64,000 nt of DNA from Lacibacter cauensis. Its GTDB lineage: Bacteria > Bacteroidota > Bacteroidia > Chitinophagales > Chitinophagaceae. Below the pieces are notes generated by a model that saw only the letters and a list, made by a program, of their open reading frames with translations, did not search any database and was not told the DNA's origin. Positions 9,508-17,527 of this stretch are shown one piece after another. The position numbers and the translations under genes are program-made. The number at the start of each line of letters is the position of its first letter. Position 1 is the stretch's first letter. The DNA lies in the NCBI RefSeq assembly GCF_007830055.1, contig NZ_VLLE01000004.1, forward strand, positions 89,248 through 153,247, given 5' to 3'.

Positions 9508-11619
9508 TTATAAAAACCAAAGACTTTCTCTTCCAAAGTCAGGCAGTTTGTCGTGTTGGAAATAGGGATAAATCTCTGCAACCATTTCAGGGTATTTGAT
9601 TGTAACTGGCAAACTTTGCTGATTGGTGCTTTTCCAATACATACGGCTGAACTGATAAACCTGGTCAATGAGTTGTTCAACTAAATTCATATCATCTAAC
9701 ATGCCTTCAACAGTTGATGACAAAGCAATCTTCACCGGAAAGTGATATTCCTTCTGTGCTGGTTTTGCCGTTGCATCGTAACGGGTATTATTGAACAACA
9801 AGTATTCTGATTTACCAACTTTTACAATTGTACCACTGTAAGGCATCAGGTTATTGCCGTCTTTTAAGTCAAAGCCTAAAAGTTCTTTGCTTTCTGTTTT
9901 ATTGATGGTTACAACGATTACAGGAATATTTAAGCCTAATGTATGCAGCGTTCTCAGGATGGGTTCTAATTCCTTTTTGCCAATGTCTTTATAGAAATGA
10001 ATAACAAGCCTTGAAGCTGTGTAATTAACTGCAATGAACTTTGCAACTGCTTCACGAATAGAACCTGCAAGACTTACAGTATCGTTGCCTTTAAAACAGT
10101 CAAAGCCTTTAAACATTCCCTCGTTATTAAAGCAAAATGCAGAGCCTACAAACCTTGTTTTTCTTGTTACTGAATAGAATGCTCCAACGCCAACAATCAG
10201 TTCGTTATTGGTTGGTCTGTTTAAACGCCACGGCACACCGCCCAACTTTGCCAGCATTGCGATTTCAATATGTGGCAGGAATGTATTGAAGTAAGAATTT
10301 GGCTTACCGTTTTTGTACAGGTGTTCGCTTTTGATTACCTGTGAAAGCACACCTTCATACAATAGTATTTCTTTGATTTTATAATAGATGTTCTTCCTTG
10401 CTTCGTCTTTCTCTAATTTGGGAACCGGATTAACAAACAAAGCCATGTATTGAGTATCGGGAAGCCATTCTGCATTTTTCACAGCATTTTTCACTGCTGT
10501 AACTGCATTTTGTACTGTATCAAACTCAACGTTCTTTGAAATATCTAACTCAAAAGGAACTTTGATGTAGTCCTGCATCTTGGGGAATGGAAATCTATCA
10601 TCTTTCCAACCACTGTTCAGATACTTATATAACTCGGTAACTGCACCTGCTTTGTCTGACTGCTGATAAATGAAAAAGAATTTGAAATTGCTTGGCTTTT
10701 GTGGCAACTGGTAAGGACCTTTTGACTTAAAATCTTTCTTGGGTTCTTTCCCTGTTCTATTGCCTGAATAAAGCAGGTCATTTGATGTAGAACTAATGAC
10801 CCGATACTGCTCTGCAATTGGCTTATAAAAACCATTTGAACTGATTGGAATTAAGTTGCGGAAAGTATCGTTATCAAAATACTTGGTGTAAAAGTCTTGC
10901 AATACATTGAGGTATCTCGGATAGCGGTTTGTTAAATTTGGTACATCGTGGGCAATCTCTAAATGTGGTTTGATGTCATTACTCAATACAGGAAAGCACT
11001 TATCAGGCATATTGATTACTTCCTGCGGTCTAAACTTCCATTTGTATAAGATGCCATTGCAAACTATCCAATTGTAAAGGTTAGTATTGAAGTTGTAAAT
11101 CTCTGAAACAGGTTTAGCAAAAACTTTTGTCGTGCCGTCATAAGACAAAACTATTTCGGGTTTATCTGTAACCCTTGCATGTTGCACCTTTACAGTAAAC
11201 TGGTTGTACACATTGTATTTTGCATTGCTTTTATCCTTGTCGTGAAACCATACTTCTGTTTCGCTGGTGAAATTCTGATGGATAATGTCAGCAATGCCCA
11301 TGAAATAATCCCGAATGAGAAAACGGTAATAATGATTTGCGAACCTGTAAGAAACAGATAAGTCAATCTCCAGTTCTATTGCACCCTCTTTGGCTGGTTG
11401 AAAATCTGTGTACAGTTTGTTTAACTCTAACAGTTCTAATGCAGAAAGTTTATCATCAAGAAGCCCTTGCAAATCATCTTTGAACACCGGGTAATAATCA
11501 GCCTGTTTCTGCTTATAAAAAGCAAATTTCTGTTTCCCTTTAGGTGGGTCAAATGGAATGATGTTTAAGAGTAATTCTTGCTGCATAAAGTTTAAATATT
11601 TTCTAAACGGGTTATCCAA
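9508..11619 (-). CDS. Long prokaryotic Argonaute (pAgo), predicted catalytically inactive (long-B type)
   Basis: 703 aa. The MID-domain 5'-phosphate pocket pattern is conserved: YYKIK ... GVLSQVIK ... NTFLPHIEIAMLAKLGGVPWRL, matching the hAgo2 VYAEVK...GMATQCVQ...LKINVKLGGVN pattern (Y/K/Q/K). In the PIWI domain, the first catalytic Asp is replaced (IVGVGAFYS versus iGADVTH) and the last His/Asp is replaced (VYQFSRMYW), so the DEDX tetrad is incomplete. An alternative start at ATG 11586 would remove the 28-nt overlap with the upstream gene. Confidence 0.65.
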   Translation of the reverse strand: MDNPFRKYLNFMQQELLLNIIPFDPPKGKQKFAFYKQKQADYYPVFKDDLQGLLDDKLSALELLELNKLYTDFQPAKEGAIELEIDLSVSYRFANHYYRFLIRDYFMGIADIIHQNFTSETEVWFHDKDKSNAKYNVYNQFTVKVQHARVTDKPEIVLSYDGTTKVFAKPVSEIYNFNTNLYNWIVCNGILYKWKFRPQEVINMPDKCFPVLSNDIKPHLEIAHDVPNLTNRYPRYLNVLQDFYTKYFDNDTFRNLIPISSNGFYKPIAEQYRVISSTSNDLLYSGNRTGKEPKKDFKSKGPYQLPQKPSNFKFFFIYQQSDKAGAVTELYKYLNSGWKDDRFPFPKMQDYIKVPFELDISKNVEFDTVQNAVTAVKNAVKNAEWLPDTQYMALFVNPVPKLEKDEARKNIYYKIKEILLYEGVLSQVIKSEHLYKNGKPNSYFNTFLPHIEIAMLAKLGGVPWRLNRPTNNELIVGVGAFYSVTRKTRFVGSAFCFNNEGMFKGFDCFKGNDTVSLAGSIREAVAKFIAVNYTASRLVIHFYKDIGKKELEPILRTLHTLGLNIPVIVVTINKTESKELLGFDLKDGNNLMPYSGTIVKVGKSEYLLFNNTRYDATAKPAQKEYHFPVKIALSSTVEGMLDDMNLVEQLIDQVYQFSRMYWKSTNQQSLPVTIKYPEMVAEIYPYFQHDKLPDFGRESLWFL

Positions 11620-12254
11620 TTATTGAATCTTGGAGATTTTGCCCTTATGCGTTCCAAACCAATTGCCTCAGAAAGAATATCACCATAAACAACCTTATTG
11701 TAACCGTTAATAATTCTTTCTAAACGATGAGACGGAGAAGTAGCTTTATTGTTGTTTATCATTTCAGGATTTGCATAATCAGCAAAGGTTTTTTCAAGCT
11801 CTGCCATACCTACTAAATCTTCTTTTGGTATTTGACTTTTGATGACGTCAATATCATTGAAAAGCAATCCTTCAAATTCATGCAATTGCAAATAAGGAAT
11901 AAATCTATTTTGAAATTGTGGGTCAATGCTCTGTAACATTGATTGCTCTAGGCTATCCATACGGCTGTATTTGTCTACAATTGTATGTGCTGCATCCCAT
12001 CCCGGAAACTGGTATTTTGCATACATGCCATAATAGTCAATAAAGGTGGTCACATAAGCATCCGGTTCTGCTTTGAGGTGTGTATCGATTTGATCTTTTA
12101 ATTTACTCCATTTAACAATACCACCTCTTGATGCCTTAATTAAGGGTGTTTGCAAATAAATATTTCTGTTGATGAAAGGAACCTGTAAGTTAGTTTTAGC
12201 AAATGCTTGCTCTGTAGGTCCTTCGCAAATCATAATTATCCTTTTCATAACCAT
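11592..12254 (-). CDS. DUF4276-like protein (TOPRIM-like putative nuclease partner of the upstream ATPase)
   Basis: 220 aa. The N-terminal MICEGPTE(Q) resembles the conserved start of the DUF4276 family as I recall it. A downstream acidic 'LFNDIDVIK' gives an E...DxD-like arrangement reminiscent of TOPRIM. It is translationally coupled to the ATPase (3-nt gap) and to pAgo. Confidence 0.5.
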   Translation of the reverse strand: MVMKRIIMICEGPTEQAFAKTNLQVPFINRNIYLQTPLIKASRGGIVKWSKLKDQIDTHLKAEPDAYVTTFIDYYGMYAKYQFPGWDAAHTIVDKYSRMDSLEQSMLQSIDPQFQNRFIPYLQLHEFEGLLFNDIDVIKSQIPKEDLVGMAELEKTFADYANPEMINNNKATSPSHRLERIINGYNKVVYGDILSEAIGLERIRAKSPRFNNWITRLENI

Positions 12255-12257
12255 TTA

Positions 12258-13328
12258 CTAAAAGTTTGGTTGACCTGTTGTAATAATGTTTCTTTTCCAT
12301 AAATCATCTATGGTGTAATCTTCTAACCAGACCTTTAATTTCTCTGAATCTAACCTTTCAAAAATGCTTTCTCCGTTCTTTTGGTCAACTGTAATCACAT
12401 TTTCTGGTTCAAAATGACTTATTAAGTCAGTGGACTGAGTTGCAATAATTACTTGGCACTTTTTTGCTGCTACAGATTTTACCAACCCTGCAAGTTTGGA
12501 AATTGCCGTTGGGTGCAAGCCCAATTCAGGTTCATCAATAATGATAGTTTCCGGTAGATTGGGCTGAAGAAATAAGGTTGCTAAAGCAATAAAACGAATT
12601 GTACCATCTGACAAATCGTTTACACCATATACAGTAGAACTATACTTGCTTTGCCATCTTAGTTTCAGGTTTCCGTTACTCTCTGGACGAAAGAAAAAAT
12701 CTAAAAAGTATGGAGCTATGCTCTGGATTGTTTTTACAATGAGATTGTAGACAATAGGTTTTTCTTTTTGAATGTTATACAAATAAGCACCCAGATTGCT
12801 ACCCTTTTCATACAAATAGTATTTATCGTTCTCAATGTTTGATTCCTTATTGAATGGCGAATTTTCACCAGTATCATGAAAGTGATATTTCGCTAATTGC
12901 TTTAGATAATTTCTTATGTAGTCTGCTCTTGGGATTGTTTGATAACGCAAAACAGATTCGGGACCAAATGATGCAGCATCTACGGGGTTTTTATAATAGG
13001 GATTATTACCATACCATAAACCCTCTTTTGTGAAAATAAAACCTGCATCACCTTTCTTTATTGTAAAAGAGTAGCCGTTGGTATTGGGAAAATACAAGTG
13101 TGTTGAAATTTCCTCTGTCACTTTATCTCCCTTGTGTAAAAAAGTATCTATACCTTTTAGAGCAACAAACTCTTGTAGATTGCGATTATACACCTGCTTT
13201 AAAAAATCAAAGAAGGATAAAAAATTACTTTTACCACTTCCGTTTGCACCAATAAGAATATTGATGGGTTGGAGCTTTAGGCTTAACTCTTTAATAGATT
13301 TATAGCCGTTTATGTCAATTTTATTCAT
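12258..13328 (-). CDS. ABC/AAA_21-type ATPase (OLD/RecF-like abortive-infection ATPase family)
   Basis: 356 aa with Walker A IGANGSGKSN, an ABC-signature-like LSDGTIRF and Walker B IIIDEPELGLHP. It overlaps the HsdS stop by 4 nt. Confidence 0.75.
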   Translation of the reverse strand: MNKIDINGYKSIKELSLKLQPINILIGANGSGKSNFLSFFDFLKQVYNRNLQEFVALKGIDTFLHKGDKVTEEISTHLYFPNTNGYSFTIKKGDAGFIFTKEGLWYGNNPYYKNPVDAASFGPESVLRYQTIPRADYIRNYLKQLAKYHFHDTGENSPFNKESNIENDKYYLYEKGSNLGAYLYNIQKEKPIVYNLIVKTIQSIAPYFLDFFFRPESNGNLKLRWQSKYSSTVYGVNDLSDGTIRFIALATLFLQPNLPETIIIDEPELGLHPTAISKLAGLVKSVAAKKCQVIIATQSTDLISHFEPENVITVDQKNGESIFERLDSEKLKVWLEDYTIDDLWKRNIITTGQPNF

Positions 13329-14788
13329 TTGACTTTGTTTTGTTCGTTCTTAATGTGCTTAAATGCTTCCTTCTCGTCTTGTTCAATAAATATTTCAACT
13401 GCCTTTTTCGCCACGTCAATTAATGACTTCGACTGCTGCTCTGCTAACTGAACCGACTTAACCTTTTTTGTTATTGCTTTTACATTCTTAGATACAGGAA
13501 TAATTAAACCTGCTACATCTGTATTCTTGATGTGACCAACTGTGTCAGCAATAGTCATTTGCCTTAACAACTGCATTTGACCTATTTTACTATTGATGAC
13601 AAGAAGAATATACTCAGAGGTGAATTGCGATTTGGGTTTGATTTGAATATGACATACACGCTGATTAACATATACTGGCTCCACAACTAAACTGCTATAA
13701 AACCATTTAAGACCATCCATGCCAATCACAATATCACCAGTATTTGCCTTTGTCAATTTTAGTTTTCTTACATAATCATTATCCAACTTAGTGAGGTCGG
13801 CTGTTTGGATAAAATGAGGTTTACAATCTCTAATCCTTATGAAAGGTTCACCTTCACCCACCTCGATAAACTGTTTACTTTGAAAAGGGAAACCATTTTT
13901 TATTACTATTTCTGAACGCAGTTTTGTTGTTTCAAACTTTGATAACCGTTCAAGTAATTCAAGGCAAGCTGCATCCCAAAATTCAGCATCTAATCTGTCG
14001 CCTTTAAGCATTGTACTTAGTTTTATAATTGAGTGATTGTCCTCAATTTCAAACTGTACTTTGTAGTTCTTGAATTTAATTTTCTTTGGCTTCCAAGTGT
14101 CTAAATTCAATTCCTTGAAAAGCATGTCTTCTGCTGCCTTATACTCTTTTAAGGCTTTTTGCTGAAGGCTATAAGATGTTTCAACAAGCTGCTGTATCTC
14201 ATTCTGAAACTTCTTACTTACTACAGGTATCGGGATGGTGTACAAATATGACGGTGCAATTTCAGGCTGCAAGCCACCATACATTCCTTTATCTATTAAT
14301 TTCCGACCATAGAATGAATTAAGGAAAACGCCCAAATAAAACGGGTTGACCTTTTTTGTTCTAACGATAAGAATATGAGAAGATGCAATTAATGGTTCCC
14401 TTTGCCCAAAGTAAATTGCAGTATCCCCGAAATTTGCTCCTGTTCTTGTAATTACAACATCACCATGATTTACTAAGTTGCTCTTTAGCTTTTTAGCATC
14501 ATCTGAACTGATAAAAACCTCTGAACTCTCGAATGTAATGTTCAATGGTCTTAAATTCTGGGTTCTAAAAAAAGTTACACCCTCGTCTGAATATTCTCGT
14601 TTAATCTCTGAAGGATGCAAGATTACGGTATCAAGATTTCCAAGAGTTTTATACTTTTTACTTGTAACAGCATCATAAACCCTCAAATATTCTGGATGAT
14701 AAAACTCCGCATCAATACGTAATCTGCCTTCTAATGCAGAAAAGTTTATTGCTGAGTATTCAAAGTTTTTATACTTTCTAATGTCCAT
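13325..14788 (-). CDS. Restriction-modification specificity subunit (HsdS-like, two target-recognition domains)
   Basis: 487 aa with a duplicated TRD/coiled-coil organisation. The start is 1 nt downstream of the methyltransferase stop. Confidence 0.8.
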   Translation of the reverse strand: MDIRKYKNFEYSAINFSALEGRLRIDAEFYHPEYLRVYDAVTSKKYKTLGNLDTVILHPSEIKREYSDEGVTFFRTQNLRPLNITFESSEVFISSDDAKKLKSNLVNHGDVVITRTGANFGDTAIYFGQREPLIASSHILIVRTKKVNPFYLGVFLNSFYGRKLIDKGMYGGLQPEIAPSYLYTIPIPVVSKKFQNEIQQLVETSYSLQQKALKEYKAAEDMLFKELNLDTWKPKKIKFKNYKVQFEIEDNHSIIKLSTMLKGDRLDAEFWDAACLELLERLSKFETTKLRSEIVIKNGFPFQSKQFIEVGEGEPFIRIRDCKPHFIQTADLTKLDNDYVRKLKLTKANTGDIVIGMDGLKWFYSSLVVEPVYVNQRVCHIQIKPKSQFTSEYILLVINSKIGQMQLLRQMTIADTVGHIKNTDVAGLIIPVSKNVKAITKKVKSVQLAEQQSKSLIDVAKKAVEIFIEQDEKEAFKHIKNEQNKVK

Positions 14789-14789
14789 C

Positions 14790-17009
14790 TTAGTTGTTTA
14801 AGAAATCAAATGCTACATCACCTGCCTTAGCTCTTTTTTTACCCCAATCCTCATACGCATCGGCAATCATTGAAAGGTCAGTTTGGTAAACAGGATTTTT
14901 ATTTTCATCCAGCACTACATTACCTTCCTTATCCTGTAAAAAGATATACTCCCCTGAGTTGTTCTTAAAACTAATTTTGCTTGTAGCGAAGAATATTGGA
15001 TAATCTTTAATCTCTTCGCCTTCTTCATATTTCTTTAGAAACAACAAGCTCGTTTTTGTGCCTGTATGTGGTTTGAAGCTATTGCCATGCAAACCAACGA
15101 CTGCCAAAATCCTCGCCTTGCTGGTTACAAACTTCCGAACATACTTTTCACTGCTATTATTGAATATGCCCTGTGGCAGAACAATAACAGCTCTTCCCCC
15201 TGGGTTCAACAAATCAAGAACCCTCTCAATAAAAAGTATATGCCTATCAACTTTCTCCCACTTGCTTTCGTTCTTTTTGAAGTTGATAATTTCTTTTATC
15301 CTTGGGGTCAATTGTGGCTCAAATAATTCGCCTTCCAATACAGCATCTATCATTACCTGAGATATTAACTGACAAGCAAACTGCTGGTCATCTTCACTTT
15401 CCAAATCAATTTCCTCATCTTTATTTATCTCTTTCACTTTTGCAATTATGCTTTCAATACCTTCATCAGTAAAGGTTATTTCAAACTCCTCTGCAATGGT
15501 ATTTATCATTGCTTTAATCTTGCCAGTATCAATTTTAAAAGTGTAACGATGCCCTAAGATTTCATTGTAAAGATTGATTAATGATTTTTCCTGTATATCG
15601 CCTGCGAATGGCGGGTTGCTCATTACTATATCAAAATGCAAGTGCTTGTTTTTATCATCACTTATCAAATCTTCTTTTTGAAGTTCAACAGTAATTTCAG
15701 GTGTCCACTTGGGATGCTCCAAAGAGTTTTGTTTAAAGATGTGTGTTTTACCATCACCTGCAATCAGCATTATTGCTCTTGAAATTTTTGCTGACTTTTC
15801 ATCAAAGTCAATACCCCATAAATATTTTGAAGCATAATTAACCTTTGCTTTCTCGGTGGTCATTTTGTATTTATTCCACACATACTCCATTGTATGCACA
15901 AGAAAACCTGCTGAACCACAAGCCGGGTCAATTACATATTCCTTATTGCTTGGGTTTATCATTCGTACACAAAAATCAATTACAGGTCTTGGTGTGAAGT
16001 ATTGCCCTTTCTTGCTTTTAGCAACATCAGGTATTAAATATTCAAACGCTTCATCAATGATGCGGAGGTTGGAGAAAAACAGTTTAACTTCTGTGAGTTC
16101 ACCAACACAAACGTTCAAATGTTCCGGTGTTAATTCAATGCTATCAGAAGCTGCAAAAATTCCTTTCCATTCTTTCTTTGCATCATCAAACAGTTTGCCT
16201 ATTTCCCTTTTGGTTACTTCTGCTGTTTTGTATTGGCGGAAAAGCAAGGATTTATCCTTCCTGTTTTCTGCCTCCCATTCATCATACAACTTTGCGTAGA
16301 TGAGTTTGAAAATCTCTGTAAAGCTGTCTGCACCGGAATTAGCAAGTACAAGTTCTTCCAGCACTTCAATAATCTTGCGAAGATTGAACTGCTTATTTTC
16401 ATTGATCTTCTCTAATTCAGATAAGGTCCACTTACGGCCAAGAATAATGTCTTTGATTGAGGCTGCCGGATGTTCTTCATCTTTTACCTGCTGATATTCC
16501 GCTTCAGTAGGAATGTCTGGTAAGCTATCATCAAACTCTTTTGGGTATGGTCTAAAAAGCCTTGTAATGGCATTACCGTTTACACCAACACCAAGCGGAG
16601 AACCTTCATTGTTCAAATAGCTTTTAAGCTGCTGTATGCTATTCTTTTGGGATGGAGCTTTTACCTCCACCAAAATCCACGGTGTTGTTTCGTCTTCCTG
16701 GTAAACAACTATATCAGCCCGTCCTCGTCCGTTCCTTCCGAAACTTACATTCTGCTCACACTTCAACCTGTTTTTGGGATAGTGATAATGTTCTGTCAAT
16801 TCAGTAAGGAATAATTGCCTTACAATTTCTTCGGGTGCAGATTTGCCTGTGGCTACATTGTAAACCAATTTGTCTTTTCCTTCGCTGTCGTGACTTTTTA
16901 AATACCACTTGCCTTTTTCCTTCTCAAAGAATTTGAGTTTCGGAACGTATTGCTTTTGCAGTGACAGATCCGTTTCCCAGTTGGGCAGTATTTTTGAAAG
17001 TATATCCAT
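14790..17009 (-). CDS. Fused PD-(D/E)xK nuclease (HsdR_N-like) + N6-adenine DNA methyltransferase; type IIB (BcgI A-subunit-like) or type I-like RM enzyme
   Basis: 739 aa. The N-terminal RADIVVYQEDETTPWILVEVKAP is a D...EVK nuclease motif. MTase motif I is IDPACGSAGFLV and motif IV is NPPF. There is a ~110-aa insertion between NPPF and the LLNPGGRAVIVLPQGIF motif. No HsdR helicase gene is present in the operon. Confidence 0.7.
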   Translation of the reverse strand: MDILSKILPNWETDLSLQKQYVPKLKFFEKEKGKWYLKSHDSEGKDKLVYNVATGKSAPEEIVRQLFLTELTEHYHYPKNRLKCEQNVSFGRNGRGRADIVVYQEDETTPWILVEVKAPSQKNSIQQLKSYLNNEGSPLGVGVNGNAITRLFRPYPKEFDDSLPDIPTEAEYQQVKDEEHPAASIKDIILGRKWTLSELEKINENKQFNLRKIIEVLEELVLANSGADSFTEIFKLIYAKLYDEWEAENRKDKSLLFRQYKTAEVTKREIGKLFDDAKKEWKGIFAASDSIELTPEHLNVCVGELTEVKLFFSNLRIIDEAFEYLIPDVAKSKKGQYFTPRPVIDFCVRMINPSNKEYVIDPACGSAGFLVHTMEYVWNKYKMTTEKAKVNYASKYLWGIDFDEKSAKISRAIMLIAGDGKTHIFKQNSLEHPKWTPEITVELQKEDLISDDKNKHLHFDIVMSNPPFAGDIQEKSLINLYNEILGHRYTFKIDTGKIKAMINTIAEEFEITFTDEGIESIIAKVKEINKDEEIDLESEDDQQFACQLISQVMIDAVLEGELFEPQLTPRIKEIINFKKNESKWEKVDRHILFIERVLDLLNPGGRAVIVLPQGIFNNSSEKYVRKFVTSKARILAVVGLHGNSFKPHTGTKTSLLFLKKYEEGEEIKDYPIFFATSKISFKNNSGEYIFLQDKEGNVVLDENKNPVYQTDLSMIADAYEDWGKKRAKAGDVAFDFLNN

Positions 17010-17013
17010 TGGT

Positions 17014-17325
17014 TTACTTGTTTTTCTTTTTTGTTTTACGATACTTTATTTCGTCCTCAGCAACCTGCATTGCTTTAAGTGCCAAATCCTCATCTTTCGT
17101 TACATCAATAATCTGGTCCGCTAACCAAAGTGTAAGCAATTCATCGTTGCTGACTTTCATTATTCGGGCTAACTGAATTACCTGCTCTTTCTTGGCTTTG
17201 CGTTCCCCTCTCTCAATTTTACTAAGCATAGGAGTATCAATTTCCAAAATAGAAGCAACCTGCCTTTGCAACAAATTATTCTGCTCTCTGAGTTGCTTTA
17301 ATCGTTCACCAAATTGGTTTGCCAT
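17014..17325 (-). CDS. XRE-family HTH transcriptional regulator (candidate C-protein-like controller of the RM/defence operon)
   Basis: 103 aa with LKQLREQNNLLQRQVASILEIDTPMLSKIERGER (XRE HTH). Its stop is 4 nt from the RM gene start. An ATTGCCA direct repeat sits at the start codon. Confidence 0.75.
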   Translation of the reverse strand: MANQFGERLKQLREQNNLLQRQVASILEIDTPMLSKIERGERKAKKEQVIQLARIMKVSNDELLTLWLADQIIDVTKDEDLALKAMQVAEDEIKYRKTKKKNK

Positions 17326-17448
17326 CTCATTTTTATTTTGTTTTAGTGATGGCGATTGCCACTAATGATGTAATTGCCATAACCTGAAATTTGACTTGTC
17401 AAATATTGGCAAATATAGGAAAAGAAAAGCAATAGAATGATAAGAAAC

Positions 17449-17492
17449 TTAGCAAAGCTGCAAAACTTGCAAAGTCTGCAAAGTGTGCAAGG
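17449..17492. repeat. Five tandem ~9-bp iteron-like repeats (yTGCAAAG)
   Basis: Sequence ttAGCAAAGcTGCAAAAcTTGCAAAGtCTGCAAAGtGTGCAAGG, in the intergenic region downstream of the primase-like gene and upstream of the XRE gene. An inverted cluster lies at 18896-18940. Confidence 0.6.
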
Positions 17493-17527
17493 CACACCTG
17501 CACCCCAACACCTGAAAGGTGAAGGGG

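Noticed and set aside
9508-11619. Possibility that the pAgo is an active slicer
   Set aside because: The first catalytic Asp position reads G/A (IVGVGAF) and the terminal His/Asp position reads Q. Only one Asp (FYKDIG) is retained. This is without structural alignment, so some uncertainty remains.
13325-17009. Calling the RM genes a classical type I hsdM/hsdS pair
   Set aside because: No hsdR helicase/endonuclease gene is in the operon, and the MTase carries its own PD-(D/E)xK domain. BcgI-like type IIB is the better fit. An hsdR elsewhere in the genome cannot be excluded.
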